Assembly (NCBI GenBank): GCA_021851785.1
Contig: JAJZBV010000010.1
Location: forward strand, 910-64,909
Reading direction: 5' to 3'
DNA: 64,000 nucleotides
Origin: Pseudomonadota bacterium
GTDB lineage: Bacteria > Pseudomonadota > Alphaproteobacteria > Acetobacterales > Acetobacteraceae
Part shown: in pieces, positions 26,031-36,087 of the stretch
Layout: each line of letters starts with the position of its first letter
Numbering within the stretch: position 1 is the stretch's first letter
The notes under the pieces: model-generated
Databases searched by the model: none
The model's input: only the letters and a program-made list of their open reading frames with translations
What the model was told of the DNA's origin: nothing
Program-made: the position numbers and the translations under genes

Positions 26031-26555
26031 ATGGATATTGCGATGACCGACGGGTACCCGCGCCATGCGCAACCTGAGCCCGCGTGGGACGCGGCGCAGG
26101 CCAGCGCCCTGATTTCGGCGGAAGCCGGTCGCGAGGGGGGGCTGCTGCCGGCGCTCCACGCCCTGATGGCGGCGTTCGGCTGCGTGCCCGAGGCGGCGGA
26201 GCCGCTGCTCGCCAGCGCGTTCAATCTTTCGCGCGCCGAGATCACGGGTGTGATCGGCTTCTATCACGATTTCCGGCGCGCGCCGGCCGGGCGGCATGTT
26301 CTGAAACTCTGCCGCGCCGAGGCGTGCCAGTCGATGAATGGCGCCGCCCTGGCCGCGGATCTGCTGGCGCGGCTCGGCCTCGAATGGGGGGGAACCACCG
26401 CGGATGGCGCGCTCACCGTCGAGCCGGTCTATTGTCTCGGTCTCTGCGCCATGCCGCCGGCGGCCTTGTTCGACGGCGCCCCGATCGGCCGGCTCGAGGC
26501 AAGGCGGCTCGCGGCCCTGGTCGCGGATGCGAGCCGCGTGGAGCAAACGGCGTGA
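26031..26555 (+). CDS. fdsG: NAD-dependent formate dehydrogenase gamma subunit (NuoE-like 2Fe-2S)
   Basis: 174-aa ORF. The Cys pattern is LKLCRAEACQ ... YCLGLCAMPP. Confidence 0.85.
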   Translation: MDIAMTDGYPRHAQPEPAWDAAQASALISAEAGREGGLLPALHALMAAFGCVPEAAEPLLASAFNLSRAEITGVIGFYHDFRRAPAGRHVLKLCRAEACQSMNGAALAADLLARLGLEWGGTTADGALTVEPVYCLGLCAMPPAALFDGAPIGRLEARRLAALVADASRVEQTA

Positions 26556-28096
26556 GCGCGCGGATTTACCTCCCGCGTGACGCCGGGGCGCTGGCCTTGG
26601 GCGCGGAGGCGGTGGCGGCGGCGCTGGCGCGCGAGGCGCGGGCGCGCGGGGTCACGCTCGAGATCGTGCGCACCGGCTCGCGCGGGCTTTACTGGCTGGA
26701 GCCGATGCTCGAGGTCGCGACCCCTTCCGGCCGCATCGCCTATGGCCCGGTCGCGGCCGAGGAGGTCGCATCGCTGTTCGCGGCGGATTTTCTCGCCGGC
26801 GGCGCGCATCCGAAGCATCTCGGCCGACCCGAGGAGATCCCCTTTCTCAAGCGCCAGACGCGGCTCACCTTTGCCCGCGTCGGCATCGTCGATCCCGCCT
26901 CCGCCGCCGATTACGCCGCCCATGGCGGCTGGCTGGGGCTGGCGCGGGCGTTTGCGCTCGGCCCGGCGGCAACGGTCGAGGAGGTCGTCGCCTCGGGCCT
27001 CCGCGGGCGCGGCGGCGCCGGCTTCCCGACCGGGATCAAGTGGCGCACCGCCGCCGGTGCCAAGGCCGCGCGCAAATACGTCGTCTGCAACGCCGATGAA
27101 GGCGATTCCGGCACCTTCGCCGACCGCATGATCATGGAGGGCGATCCCTTCGTGTTGATCGAGGGGATGCTGATCGCCGGCTACGCGGTCGGCGCGAGCA
27201 AGGGCTATCTCTACACCCGCTCGGAATATCCGCACGCGATCGCCGCCATGGCCGCCGCGATCCTGGCGGCGCGGCGCGCCGGTTTTCTCGGGGAAAACAT
27301 CCAGGGCTCGGGATTCGCCTTCGATCTCGAGGTCCGGGTCGGCGCCGGCGCCTATGTCTGCGGCGAGGAGACGGCGCTGCTCGACAGTCTCGAGGGCAAG
27401 CGCGGGATGGTGCGCGCCAAACCGCCGCTGCCGGCGCTCCAGGGCCTCTTCGGCCAGCCGACCGTGATCAACAACGTGATCTCGCTCGCCTCCGTCCCGG
27501 TCATCCTCGCCGAGGGCGCGAAAGCCTATCAGGATCTCGGCCATGGCCGTTCGCGCGGCACCATGCCGGTCCAATTGGCCGGCAATATCCGCTATCCCGG
27601 GCTGTTCGAGGCGGCGTTCGGTGTCACCCTCGGCGAATTGGTGGAGGAGATCGGCGGCGGCACGGCGAGCGGGCGCCCGGCGCGGGCGGTGCAGGTCGGC
27701 GGCCCGCTCGGCGCCTATTTTCCGCGCGCCCTCTTCGACACGCCCTTCGATTACGAGGCCTTCGCCGCGCGCGACGGGCTGATCGGCCATGGCGGCGTCG
27801 TGGTGTTCGACGACAGCGTCGACATGGCGGTGCAGGCGCGTTTCGCGATGGAATTCTGCGCCATCGAATCCTGCGGCAAATGCACCCCCTGCCGCCTCGG
27901 CTCGACCCGCGGCGTCGAGGTCATGGATCGCATCCGCGAAGGTCGGGACGTGGAGAAAAATCTCGCCCTGATCACCGATCTTTGTGAAACCATGAAATTC
28001 GGCTCGCTTTGCGCGCTGGGCGGCTTCACGCCGTATCCGGTGATGAGCGCGCTCACCCATTTCCGTGCCGATTTCACCCGCGCCGCCGCCGCATAG
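26552..28096 (+). CDS. fdsB: NAD-dependent formate dehydrogenase beta subunit (NuoF-like)
   Basis: Lies within ORF 26084..28096. The GTG at 26552 overlaps the fdsG stop (GTGA). Motifs are GRGGAGFPTGIKW, the NADEGDSGTF block and ESCGKCTPCRLG. Confidence 0.9.
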   Translation: MSARIYLPRDAGALALGAEAVAAALAREARARGVTLEIVRTGSRGLYWLEPMLEVATPSGRIAYGPVAAEEVASLFAADFLAGGAHPKHLGRPEEIPFLKRQTRLTFARVGIVDPASAADYAAHGGWLGLARAFALGPAATVEEVVASGLRGRGGAGFPTGIKWRTAAGAKAARKYVVCNADEGDSGTFADRMIMEGDPFVLIEGMLIAGYAVGASKGYLYTRSEYPHAIAAMAAAILAARRAGFLGENIQGSGFAFDLEVRVGAGAYVCGEETALLDSLEGKRGMVRAKPPLPALQGLFGQPTVINNVISLASVPVILAEGAKAYQDLGHGRSRGTMPVQLAGNIRYPGLFEAAFGVTLGELVEEIGGGTASGRPARAVQVGGPLGAYFPRALFDTPFDYEAFAARDGLIGHGGVVVFDDSVDMAVQARFAMEFCAIESCGKCTPCRLGSTRGVEVMDRIREGRDVEKNLALITDLCETMKFGSLCALGGFTPYPVMSALTHFRADFTRAAAA

Positions 28097-28105
28097 GAGA
28101 TCGCC

Positions 28106-30937
28106 ATGACCCTGATCAAGGAAACCGATTACGGCACGCCGGAAGCGCGCGGCGACAAAACCATCGCGCTCACCATCGACGGCCACGAGGTTACGGTGCC
28201 GGAAGGCACCTCCATCATGCGGGCGGCGATGGTGGCCGGCATCGCGGTGCCGAAACTCTGCGCGACCGACAGCCTCGATGCCTTCGGCTCGTGCCGGCTT
28301 TGCCTGGTCGAGATCGAAGGCCGCGCCGGCACCCCGGCCTCCTGCACGACGCCGGTGGCAGCGGGCATGGTGGTCGCGACGCAAACCGAGCGGCTCGCGA
28401 AAATCCGCCGCGGCGTCATGGAACTCTATATTTCCGACCATCCGCTCGATTGTCTCACCTGCGCCGCCAACGGCGATTGCGAATTGCAGGACATGGCCGG
28501 CGCGGTGGGGCTGCGCGAGGTGCGTTACGGCTATGACGGCGCCAATCATTTCGCCGCGGCGAAGGATCTCTCCAATCCCTATTTCGCGTTCGATCCCGCC
28601 AAATGCATCGTCTGCTCGCGTTGCGTGCGCGCCTGCGAGGAGGTGCAGGGCACCTTCGCGCTGACCATCGCCGGGCGCGGCTTCGCCTCCAAGGTCGCGA
28701 CCGGGAGCGCGGATTTCTTCTCCTCCGAATGCGTCTCCTGCGGCGCCTGCGTGCAGGCCTGCCCGACCGCGACGCTGATCGAGAAATCGGTGATCGAGAT
28801 CGGCCAGCCCGAACACTCGGTCATCACCACTTGCGCCTATTGCGGCGTCGGCTGCAATTTCAAGGCCGAGATGCGCGGCGAGCAGGTGGTGCGCATGGTG
28901 CCGTACAAGGACGGCAAGGCCAATCACGGCCATTCCTGCGTCAAGGGCCGGTTTGCCTTCGGCTATGCGACCCATCGCGAACGCATTTTGACGCCGATGA
29001 TTCGCGAAAAAATCACCGATCCCTGGCGCGAGGTGAGCTGGGACCAGGCGATTGCCCACACCGCCGCCGAGTTCAAGCGGATTCAGGCGCGCTACGGCAA
29101 GGACGCGGTCGGCGGCATCACCTCCTCGCGCTGCACCAACGAGGAGACCTATCTCGTCCAGCAATTGGTGCGCGCCGGTTTCGGCAATAACAATGTCGAT
29201 ACCTGCGCCCGGGTCTGCCATTCGCCGACCGGCTACGGCCTGAAATCGACCTTCGGCACCTCCGCCGGGACGCAGGATTTCGACTCCGTCGATGAGAGCG
29301 ACGTGATCCTGGTGATCGGCGCCAATCCGACCGATGCGCATCCGGTGTTCGCGTCCCGCATGAAGCGCCGGCTCCGGGAAGGGGCGAAGCTGATCGTCAT
29401 CGATCCGCGCCGCATCGATCTCGTCCGCTCCCCGCATGTCGAGGCGACGTTTCATCTGCCGCTCCGCCCCGGCACCAATGTCGCGATGGTCAACGCGCTC
29501 GCCCATGTCATCGTCACCGAGGGGTTGGTGAACGAGGCGTTCGTGCGCGACTATTGCGAATGGGATGCGTTCCAGGACTGGGCCGAATTCATCGCCCGCC
29601 CCGAGAACGGCCCCGAGGTGGTCGCCGAGCTGTCCGGCGTTCCCGCCGATCTCATCCGGAAGGCGGCGCGGCTTTACGCGACCGGCGGCAATGCCGCGAT
29701 CTATTACGGGCTCGGCGTCACCGAGCACAGCCAGGGCACGACGACGGTGATCGCGATCGCCAATCTCGCCATGGCGACGGGGAATATCGGCCGCCGCGGT
29801 GTCGGCGTGAATCCGCTGCGTGGCCAGAACAATGTCCAGGGCTCGTGCGACATGGGCAGTTTCCCGCACGAACTGCCCGGCTATCGCCATATCTCCGAAC
29901 CCGCGACCCGCGCGATCTATGAGAAGATCTGGGGTGTCACGCTCGATGCCGAGCCCGGCTTGCGCATTCCCAACATGATCGACGCGGCGATGGATGGCTC
30001 GTTCAAGGGGCTCTACATCCAGGGCGAGGACATCGTGCAATCCGATCCCGACACCCATCACATGATCGCCGGGCTCGCGGCGATGGAGTGCGTCGTGGTG
30101 CAGGATCTCTTCCTCAACGAGACCGCGAATTACGCCCATGTCTTCCTGCCGGGGTCGAGCTTCCTCGAAAAAGACGGCACCTTCACCAATGCCGAGCGGC
30201 GGATCAATCGCGTCCGCCGCGTGATGCGCCCGAAAAATGGCTATGCCGACTGGGAAATCACCCAGATGCTGTCCGACGCGCTGGGCTATAAGATGGCCTA
30301 TCGCGATCCCGCCGCCATCATGGACGAGATCGCGCGCACCACGCCGAGCTTCGCCGGCGTTTCCTTCGACCTGCTCGATCGCGTCGGCTCGGTGCAATGG
30401 CCGTGCAACGAGGCGGCGCCGGAGGGCACGCCGACCATGCATATCGGCGGCTTCGTGCGCGGGCAGGGCCATTTCATGATCACCGAATATGTCGCGACCG
30501 AGGAGAAAAGCGGGCCGCGCTTCCCGCTGCTCCTCACCACCGGGCGCATCCTCTCGCAATACAATGTCGGCGCCCAGACGCGGCGCACCGCCAATGTCGC
30601 CTGGCATGAGGAGGATCGGCTGGAAATCCACCCCCACGACGCCGAGCAGCGCGGCATCCGCGATGGCGACTGGGTGAAGCTCGAAAGCCGCGCCGGTGGG
30701 ACGGCGCTCCGCGCCCTGATCACCGACCGCGTCGCCCCCGGAATCGTCTACACGACCTTCCACCATCCCGACACGCAAGCCAATGTCGTGACCACGGAGT
30801 TTTCCGACTGGGCGACCAATTGTCCGGAATACAAGGTGACGGCGGTGCAGGTCGCGCGCGCCAACGGGCCGACGGAATGGCAGGAAACCTATCGCCAGCA
30901 CGCCGAACAGAGCCGGCGTATCCTGGCCGCGGAATGA
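28106..30937 (+). CDS. fdsA: NAD-dependent formate dehydrogenase alpha subunit (molybdopterin)
   Basis: 943-aa ORF. It has N-terminal 2Fe-2S/4Fe-4S Cys clusters (CRLCLVEIEG, CLTCAANGDCELQ, CIVCSRCVRAC, CVSCGACVQACP). A molybdopterin oxidoreductase body follows. Confidence 0.95.
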   Translation: MTLIKETDYGTPEARGDKTIALTIDGHEVTVPEGTSIMRAAMVAGIAVPKLCATDSLDAFGSCRLCLVEIEGRAGTPASCTTPVAAGMVVATQTERLAKIRRGVMELYISDHPLDCLTCAANGDCELQDMAGAVGLREVRYGYDGANHFAAAKDLSNPYFAFDPAKCIVCSRCVRACEEVQGTFALTIAGRGFASKVATGSADFFSSECVSCGACVQACPTATLIEKSVIEIGQPEHSVITTCAYCGVGCNFKAEMRGEQVVRMVPYKDGKANHGHSCVKGRFAFGYATHRERILTPMIREKITDPWREVSWDQAIAHTAAEFKRIQARYGKDAVGGITSSRCTNEETYLVQQLVRAGFGNNNVDTCARVCHSPTGYGLKSTFGTSAGTQDFDSVDESDVILVIGANPTDAHPVFASRMKRRLREGAKLIVIDPRRIDLVRSPHVEATFHLPLRPGTNVAMVNALAHVIVTEGLVNEAFVRDYCEWDAFQDWAEFIARPENGPEVVAELSGVPADLIRKAARLYATGGNAAIYYGLGVTEHSQGTTTVIAIANLAMATGNIGRRGVGVNPLRGQNNVQGSCDMGSFPHELPGYRHISEPATRAIYEKIWGVTLDAEPGLRIPNMIDAAMDGSFKGLYIQGEDIVQSDPDTHHMIAGLAAMECVVVQDLFLNETANYAHVFLPGSSFLEKDGTFTNAERRINRVRRVMRPKNGYADWEITQMLSDALGYKMAYRDPAAIMDEIARTTPSFAGVSFDLLDRVGSVQWPCNEAAPEGTPTMHIGGFVRGQGHFMITEYVATEEKSGPRFPLLLTTGRILSQYNVGAQTRRTANVAWHEEDRLEIHPHDAEQRGIRDGDWVKLESRAGGTALRALITDRVAPGIVYTTFHHPDTQANVVTTEFSDWATNCPEYKVTAVQVARANGPTEWQETYRQHAEQSRRILAAE

Positions 30938-31770
30938 CGCTCCCGGCGCCGATCCTGACGAGCACGCCACTCGTCTGGCGAGAGGGCGGCGCGGCGAGCG
31001 GCCAGCGCCACATCCCGGAGGAAACCGCGGTCGCGCTCACCTATGGCCGCGCCACCTACGCGGTGATGATGGCGACCCCCGCCGATCTCGATGATTTCGC
31101 CTGGGGGTTTACGCACAATGAGGGGCTGATCGACGCTGCCGACGAAATCACCTTCTGCGACACCGTCGCCCGTGACATCGATGGCGAGGCCGCGGTCGAG
31201 ATGCGCCTCGATCTCGTGCCTGGGTGCGCTGATGCGCTCTGGCGGCGCCAGCGGCGCCTCACCGGCGCGACCGGCTGCGGGCTTTGCGGCATGGAAAGCC
31301 TGGAAGCGGCGCTCGAACCCCCGCCACCAGTGGCGAGCGATCTCCATCTCGATGCCGCGATACTTGCCGCGGCGATGGCCGGGCTCGGCGCCCGCCAGAC
31401 GCTGAACCGGCAAAGCCATGCGCTCCACGCCGCGGCGTTTTTCGAACCCGGGCGCGGGATCGTCGCCGTGCGCGAGGATGTCGGGCGGCACAACGCGCTC
31501 GACAAGCTCGCCGGCGCCCTGCTCCGCGCCGGCATCGCGCCGGCGTGTGGCGCCGTCTTGCTGACCTCGCGGGTCTCGGTCGAGATGGTGCAGAAAGTGG
31601 CGCGGATGGGATGCGCAATCGTGCTCGCCGTCTCCGCCCCGACCGGGCTCGCCATCCGCCGCGCCGAGCGCTGCGGGATCACCCTCGCCGCCGTCGCCCG
31701 CGCCGATGGGTTCGAGATCTTCACCCATCCCGCGCGCATCGTCACCGAGAGAGAGGCCCATGTCGCCTGA
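30934..31770 (+). CDS. fdhD: Formate dehydrogenase accessory sulfurtransferase FdhD
   Basis: Lies within ORF 30820..31770. The ATG at 30934 overlaps the fdsA stop (ATGA). Motifs are GCGLCG and VGRHNALDKL. Confidence 0.9.
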   Translation: MTLPAPILTSTPLVWREGGAASGQRHIPEETAVALTYGRATYAVMMATPADLDDFAWGFTHNEGLIDAADEITFCDTVARDIDGEAAVEMRLDLVPGCADALWRRQRRLTGATGCGLCGMESLEAALEPPPPVASDLHLDAAILAAAMAGLGARQTLNRQSHALHAAAFFEPGRGIVAVREDVGRHNALDKLAGALLRAGIAPACGAVLLTSRVSVEMVQKVARMGCAIVLAVSAPTGLAIRRAERCGITLAAVARADGFEIFTHPARIVTEREAHVA

Positions 31771-31789
31771 AAACCATGTCGCCTGAAAA
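31758..31789. repeat. Perfect 16-bp tandem duplication CCATGTCGCCTGAAAA x2
   Basis: Copies lie at 31758-31773 and 31774-31789. Copy 1 carries the fdhD stop (31768-31770) and copy 2 carries the fdsD ATG (31776-31778). Confidence 0.95.
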
Positions 31790-32000
31790 ACTGACCATGA
31801 TGGCGAACCAGATCGGCCGCTTCTTCGCCCATCTCGGCCCCGAGCGCGCGCCCGAGGAGATCGCCGATCATTTGCTGAAATTCTGGGATCCACGCATGCG
31901 CCGCGAAATCATCGCCTTCGTTGCTTCCGGCGGCGAAGGGCTCGATCCGCTCGCCGCGGCGGCGGTCGCGCGGCTGGCTGGAGAAGCCAAGGTTTCTTGA
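31776..32000 (+). CDS. fdsD: Formate dehydrogenase delta subunit FdsD
   Basis: Lies within ORF 31284..32000. It is 74 aa and reads MSPEKLTMMANQIGRFFAHLGPERAPEEIADHLLKFWDPRMRREI. Confidence 0.8.
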   Translation: MSPEKLTMMANQIGRFFAHLGPERAPEEIADHLLKFWDPRMRREIIAFVASGGEGLDPLAAAAVARLAGEAKVS

Positions 32001-32085
32001 GAGTTCGTATCGCGTATTATCGTATCGCATCGACTCGTCCGATCTGACATCGTCCAGGAAAACGGCCAAGGGAAGAAAGAAAACC

Positions 32086-33753
32086 ATGTCGCGAGCAGAC
32101 ACCGCGCCCACTGGGGCGATACCGGCGCCGGCCGGCCTTCTCGATCGCGCGCGCATCGTCGCGCGCCCTGGCTTCAACCGCTGGTTGGTCCCCCCGGCCG
32201 CCATCGCCATCCATCTCTGCATCGGCATGGCCTATGGTTTCAGCGTCTATTGGCTGCCGCTGTCGCGCGCCCTCGGCGGCGCCAAGCCGATCGCCTGCGC
32301 GGCCGGAACCGGACTCTTCTCGGTGCTCTTGGCCAGCAATTGCGACTGGCCGGTGACCGATCTGGTGTGGACCTTCACCATCGCCATCGTTCTTCTCGGC
32401 GCGTCGGCGGCGATCTGGGGCGGCTGGCTGGAGCGCGCCGGGCCACGCAAGGCCGGGTTCGTCGCCGCGCTCTGCTGGGGTGGCGGCTACATCATCGCGG
32501 CACTCGGCGTTTTTGTGCATCAATTATGGCTGGTCTGGCTCGGCCTCGGGCTGATCGGCGGTGTTGGTCTGGGGCTTGGCTATATCTCCCCGGTCTCGAC
32601 GCTGATCAAATGGTTTCCCGATCGGCGCGGCATGGCGACCGGCATGGCGATCATGGGATTTGGCGGCGGCGCGATGATCGGCGCGCCGCTCGCCAACACG
32701 ATGATCGCGAGTTTTCCGAGCATCGCCGGGGGTAATATCGCCCTGACCTTCGCGGTCACCGGGGTGATCTATTTCGTGGTGATGACGCTCGGCGCCTTCG
32801 GCTATCGCGTGCCGCCCGAGAACTGGCAGCCGGAGGGCTGGACGCCGCCGGTGGAGAGCGGCCGGCCGATGATCACCACCCGCCACGTCCATCTCCACAT
32901 GGCGCCGCGCACGCCGCAATTCTGGCTGATCTGGGCCGTGCTCTGCCTCAATGTCAGCGCCGGCATCGGCGTCATCGCCATGGCCTCGCCGATGCTGCAG
33001 GAAATCTTCGCCGGCAAACTGATCGGCGCCCCGGATGTCGGCTTCACCGCGCTCGACGCCCATCAGCGCGCGGCGGTCGCGGCGATCGCCGCCGGCTTCG
33101 CGGGCTTGCTTTCGCTGTTCAATATCGCCGGGCGGTTTTTCTGGGCCTCGCTCTCCGATCGGCTCGGCCGCAAGAACACCTACACCACGTTTTTCATTCT
33201 CGGCATGATCGTCTATGCCAGCACGCCTTCGGCCGCGCATGCCGGCAGCAAGGCGCTCTTCGTCGCCTGCCTTTGCATCGCGCTCTCGATGTACGGCGGC
33301 GGCTTCGCGACCGTGCCGGCCTATCTCGCCGATATTTTTGGCACCAAATTCGTCGGTGCCATCCACGGCCTGATCCTCACCGCCTGGTCCACCGCCGGGG
33401 TGGTCGGCCCGGTGCTGGTGAGCTACATCCGCGATGTCCAGATCAGCGCCGGGGTGCCACGCGCCGCTGTCTATGACCGCACGCTCTATATCCTCGCCGG
33501 GCTGCTGTTTCTCGGCTTCATCGCCAACCTGCTGATCCGCCCGCTGGACGAAAAATGGTTCATGAAGGAAGAGGATGAGGCGCGCCGTGACCTCGCCGCC
33601 CACCCGGCGGCGAAGGTGGCCGCCTCCGGCTCGTTCGGGATCGGGCGCGGCGGCTTCACCCCCGGCGCGCTGCTCGCCTGGCTCGCGATCGGCATCCCCC
33701 TCGCCTGGGGCATTTTCATCACCCTCAGCCACACACTGGTGATGTTTCGGTGA
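32086..33753 (+). CDS. MFS transporter, oxalate/formate antiporter (OFA) family
   Basis: Lies within ORF 31921..33753; start at MSRADTAP (32086). It is a polytopic 12-TM protein containing GMAYGFSVYWLPL. It sits directly downstream of the fds operon. Confidence 0.75.
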   Translation: MSRADTAPTGAIPAPAGLLDRARIVARPGFNRWLVPPAAIAIHLCIGMAYGFSVYWLPLSRALGGAKPIACAAGTGLFSVLLASNCDWPVTDLVWTFTIAIVLLGASAAIWGGWLERAGPRKAGFVAALCWGGGYIIAALGVFVHQLWLVWLGLGLIGGVGLGLGYISPVSTLIKWFPDRRGMATGMAIMGFGGGAMIGAPLANTMIASFPSIAGGNIALTFAVTGVIYFVVMTLGAFGYRVPPENWQPEGWTPPVESGRPMITTRHVHLHMAPRTPQFWLIWAVLCLNVSAGIGVIAMASPMLQEIFAGKLIGAPDVGFTALDAHQRAAVAAIAAGFAGLLSLFNIAGRFFWASLSDRLGRKNTYTTFFILGMIVYASTPSAAHAGSKALFVACLCIALSMYGGGFATVPAYLADIFGTKFVGAIHGLILTAWSTAGVVGPVLVSYIRDVQISAGVPRAAVYDRTLYILAGLLFLGFIANLLIRPLDEKWFMKEEDEARRDLAAHPAAKVAASGSFGIGRGGFTPGALLAWLAIGIPLAWGIFITLSHTLVMFR

Positions 33754-33764
33754 GGGAGCAGAGA

Positions 33765-33810
33765 AAAGAAAAAGTTCTTTTTTGAAAAAAAGAACCAAAA
33801 AACATTTGTC
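33765..33810. repeat. Copy B (H1 arm only) of the AT-rich palindromic intergenic element
   Basis: GTTCTTTTTT-g-AAAAAAAGAAC at 33774-33795, followed by CAAAAAAC as in copy A. It lies between the convergent MFS gene and argJ. Confidence 0.8.
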
Positions 33811-33833
33811 CGGAAGGGGCGTGCCGCAGGCGA

Positions 33834-35069
33834 TCAGCTGCGGTAGCTGCCGTTGATGTCGATATAGCCGTGGGTGAGGTCACAGGTCCACATCGTGGCC
33901 TTGCCCCGGCCGAGACCGAGATCGACGGTGATCGCGATCTCGCGTCCGCGCATATGGGCGATCACCGGGGATTCGTCATATCCGGGGACGACGGCGCCAT
34001 CCCGCGCCATCCAGACGCCGCCGATGGCGATCGCGAGGCGATCCCGATCCGCCGGCTCCCCGGCTTTGCCGACCGCCATCACGATGCGGCCCCAATTCGC
34101 GTCCTCGCCGGCGATCGCGGTCTTGACCAGGGGCGAATCGGCGATCGCGCGGGCGATGCGCTTGGCCGAGCGGGCCGAGACCGCGCCGGTGACATCGATG
34201 CGGATGAGTTTCTGCGCCCCTTCGCCATCCCGCACCACCTGGAGGGCGAGATCGTGCAAAACGGCGGCGAGGGCCGTCGAGAATGCGCGGAGGATCGCGC
34301 CGCCGGTGGCGGGAACCGGTTGGTGGCGGGCCTGGCCGGTCGCGAACAGAAGCACCGTATCGGAGGTCGAGGTGTCGGAATCGACGGTGATCGCATTGAA
34401 ACTGCCGCCGATCCCGCGCGTGAGACACTTCTGAAGGGCTGGCGCCGGGATCTTGGCGTCGGTGAAAATGAAACAGAGCATCGTCGCCATGTCCGGGGCG
34501 ATCATGCCGCTCCCCTTGGCGATGCCGGTAATCCGCACTTCCTCGCCGCCGATCCGGGCGGTTCGCGTCGCCGCCTTGGGGAAGGTGTCGGTGGTCATGA
34601 TCGCCCGCGCCGCATCCGCCAGCCGGTCCGCGCCGAGATCGGCATGGATCGCGGGCAGCGCCGCGGTCAGGCGCGCAACTGGCAGAATTTCTCCGATCAC
34701 GCCGGTGGAGGCCAAAAAAACCTGCCGCGCCGGGCAGCCGATCAGCTTCGCCGCCGCCTCGGCGGTCATACGGGCGGCGTCACTTCCGGCGCGGCCGGTG
34801 AAGACATTGGCGTTGCCGGCATTGACGACGAGGCCGCGCGCGCGCCCGGCCGGCAGACGCTTGCGGCACCATTCGACCGGCGCGCCGGGGCAGCGATTAC
34901 GGGTGAAAACGCCGGCAACCGTGGTCGCCGGCGCGAATTCCGCGAACAGAAGGTCGCTGCGCCCCTGATAGCGGACGCCCGCCGCCGCGACGCCGAGCTT
35001 GACCCCGGCCAGCGGCGGCAGCGCCGGCAGCGCCAAGGCGAGCGGTGAGACCGCGGCGGGGCCAGCCAT
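33834..35069 (-). CDS. argJ: Bifunctional glutamate N-acetyltransferase / amino-acid acetyltransferase ArgJ
   Basis: 411-aa ORF. The autoprocessing site region is ATMLCFIFTDA, and the protein ends in INGSYRS. Confidence 0.95.
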   Translation of the reverse strand: MAGPAAVSPLALALPALPPLAGVKLGVAAAGVRYQGRSDLLFAEFAPATTVAGVFTRNRCPGAPVEWCRKRLPAGRARGLVVNAGNANVFTGRAGSDAARMTAEAAAKLIGCPARQVFLASTGVIGEILPVARLTAALPAIHADLGADRLADAARAIMTTDTFPKAATRTARIGGEEVRITGIAKGSGMIAPDMATMLCFIFTDAKIPAPALQKCLTRGIGGSFNAITVDSDTSTSDTVLLFATGQARHQPVPATGGAILRAFSTALAAVLHDLALQVVRDGEGAQKLIRIDVTGAVSARSAKRIARAIADSPLVKTAIAGEDANWGRIVMAVGKAGEPADRDRLAIAIGGVWMARDGAVVPGYDESPVIAHMRGREIAITVDLGLGRGKATMWTCDLTHGYIDINGSYRS

Positions 35070-35080
35070 GCGCGCGCCGT

Positions 35081-36037
35081 CTACTGCGCCTTGCCGCTCG
35101 ATGCCGGCGGCTCGGCGCCCGGCATGCCCGGCGGCTCCGCCTGATCGGTCGGGCGCACCGGCGAGCCGTCGAGATTGAAGCGCTCGATCTGGGCGCCTTT
35201 GCGGGCTTCCTCGATTTCCTTTTGCACCGCGTCCTGGATCGCTTTCTGGCGCAACTGGTCGCGCGCCTCGGCGAAGGTCTGCGGCGGCGCGGTGCGGCGC
35301 TCGATCACCTGGATCACGTGCCAGCCATAACGGGTATGCACGGGCTTGGTGGTGAACTGCCCGGGCTTGAGCGCGAAGGCGGCATCGCTGAATTCGGGCA
35401 GCATATCGCCCTTCTTGAACCAGCCGAGATCGCCGCCATTGGCGCCGGCGGGGTCGGTGCTGTCCTTCTTGGCGAGCGCCGCGAAATCGGCGCCGCCCTG
35501 CAACTCCTTGATCACTTTTTCGGCCTCGGCCTCGGTCGGGACCAGGATGTGGCGCGCATGCACCTCCTCCTCGCCCGGCTTGCCGGCGATCTCCTTCTGA
35601 TAGGCCGCTTGCAGCGCCTGGTCGGTGATCGCGGGGGCGACGGCACGGTTGATCAGCGCGTTCTGGAGCGCCATGTCGGCGGCGTCCTCCATCTCGCGCT
35701 TGACGGCGGGGTCTTTTTGCAGGTTTTCCTTACGCGCTTCCTGCACCAGAAGGTCGCGGTCGATGATCTGATCGATCAGGATCGGGTAGAGCATGTTGGG
35801 CGGCATGTTGCGCAACTGCTCGGGGAGATTCTGGGCGAGGTTTTCGAGATCGCTCAAATGCTCGTCGCGCCCATTCACCCGCGCCACCACCGGATCGGGC
35901 TTGGCGGCGGGCACATTGGCCCCGGATGGCAGCGCGTTAGGCGGCGGCGAGGTCGCTTGCGCGAGGGCGAGGGAGAGCGGCGCGGCGGCGCAGATGGCAC
36001 TGCCGAGCACCAGGGTGGAAAACCGCAAAATCCGCAT
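35081..36037 (-). CDS. Periplasmic parvulin-type peptidyl-prolyl isomerase (SurA/PrsA-like)
   Basis: Lies within ORF 35081..36073; start at MRILRFSTLVLGSAICAAA (signal peptide). The parvulin core reads HARHILV...GGDLGWF....M.PEF..A.F.L..G......V.T.YGWHVI. Confidence 0.8.
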   Translation of the reverse strand: MRILRFSTLVLGSAICAAAPLSLALAQATSPPPNALPSGANVPAAKPDPVVARVNGRDEHLSDLENLAQNLPEQLRNMPPNMLYPILIDQIIDRDLLVQEARKENLQKDPAVKREMEDAADMALQNALINRAVAPAITDQALQAAYQKEIAGKPGEEEVHARHILVPTEAEAEKVIKELQGGADFAALAKKDSTDPAGANGGDLGWFKKGDMLPEFSDAAFALKPGQFTTKPVHTRYGWHVIQVIERRTAPPQTFAEARDQLRQKAIQDAVQKEIEEARKGAQIERFNLDGSPVRPTDQAEPPGMPGAEPPASSGKAQ

Positions 36038-36087
36038 GGAAGTTCCCGCTACGAGGCGCCGGGTGTTGCCCACCCGGCGCGTGTTGT

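Noticed and set aside
26429-30970. 1513-aa minus-strand ORF, the longest in the track.
   Set aside because: It lies exactly antisense to fdsB-fdsA, whose plus-strand products have textbook NuoF and molybdopterin FDH motifs. The minus product is low-complexity (R/G/A/D/H-rich).
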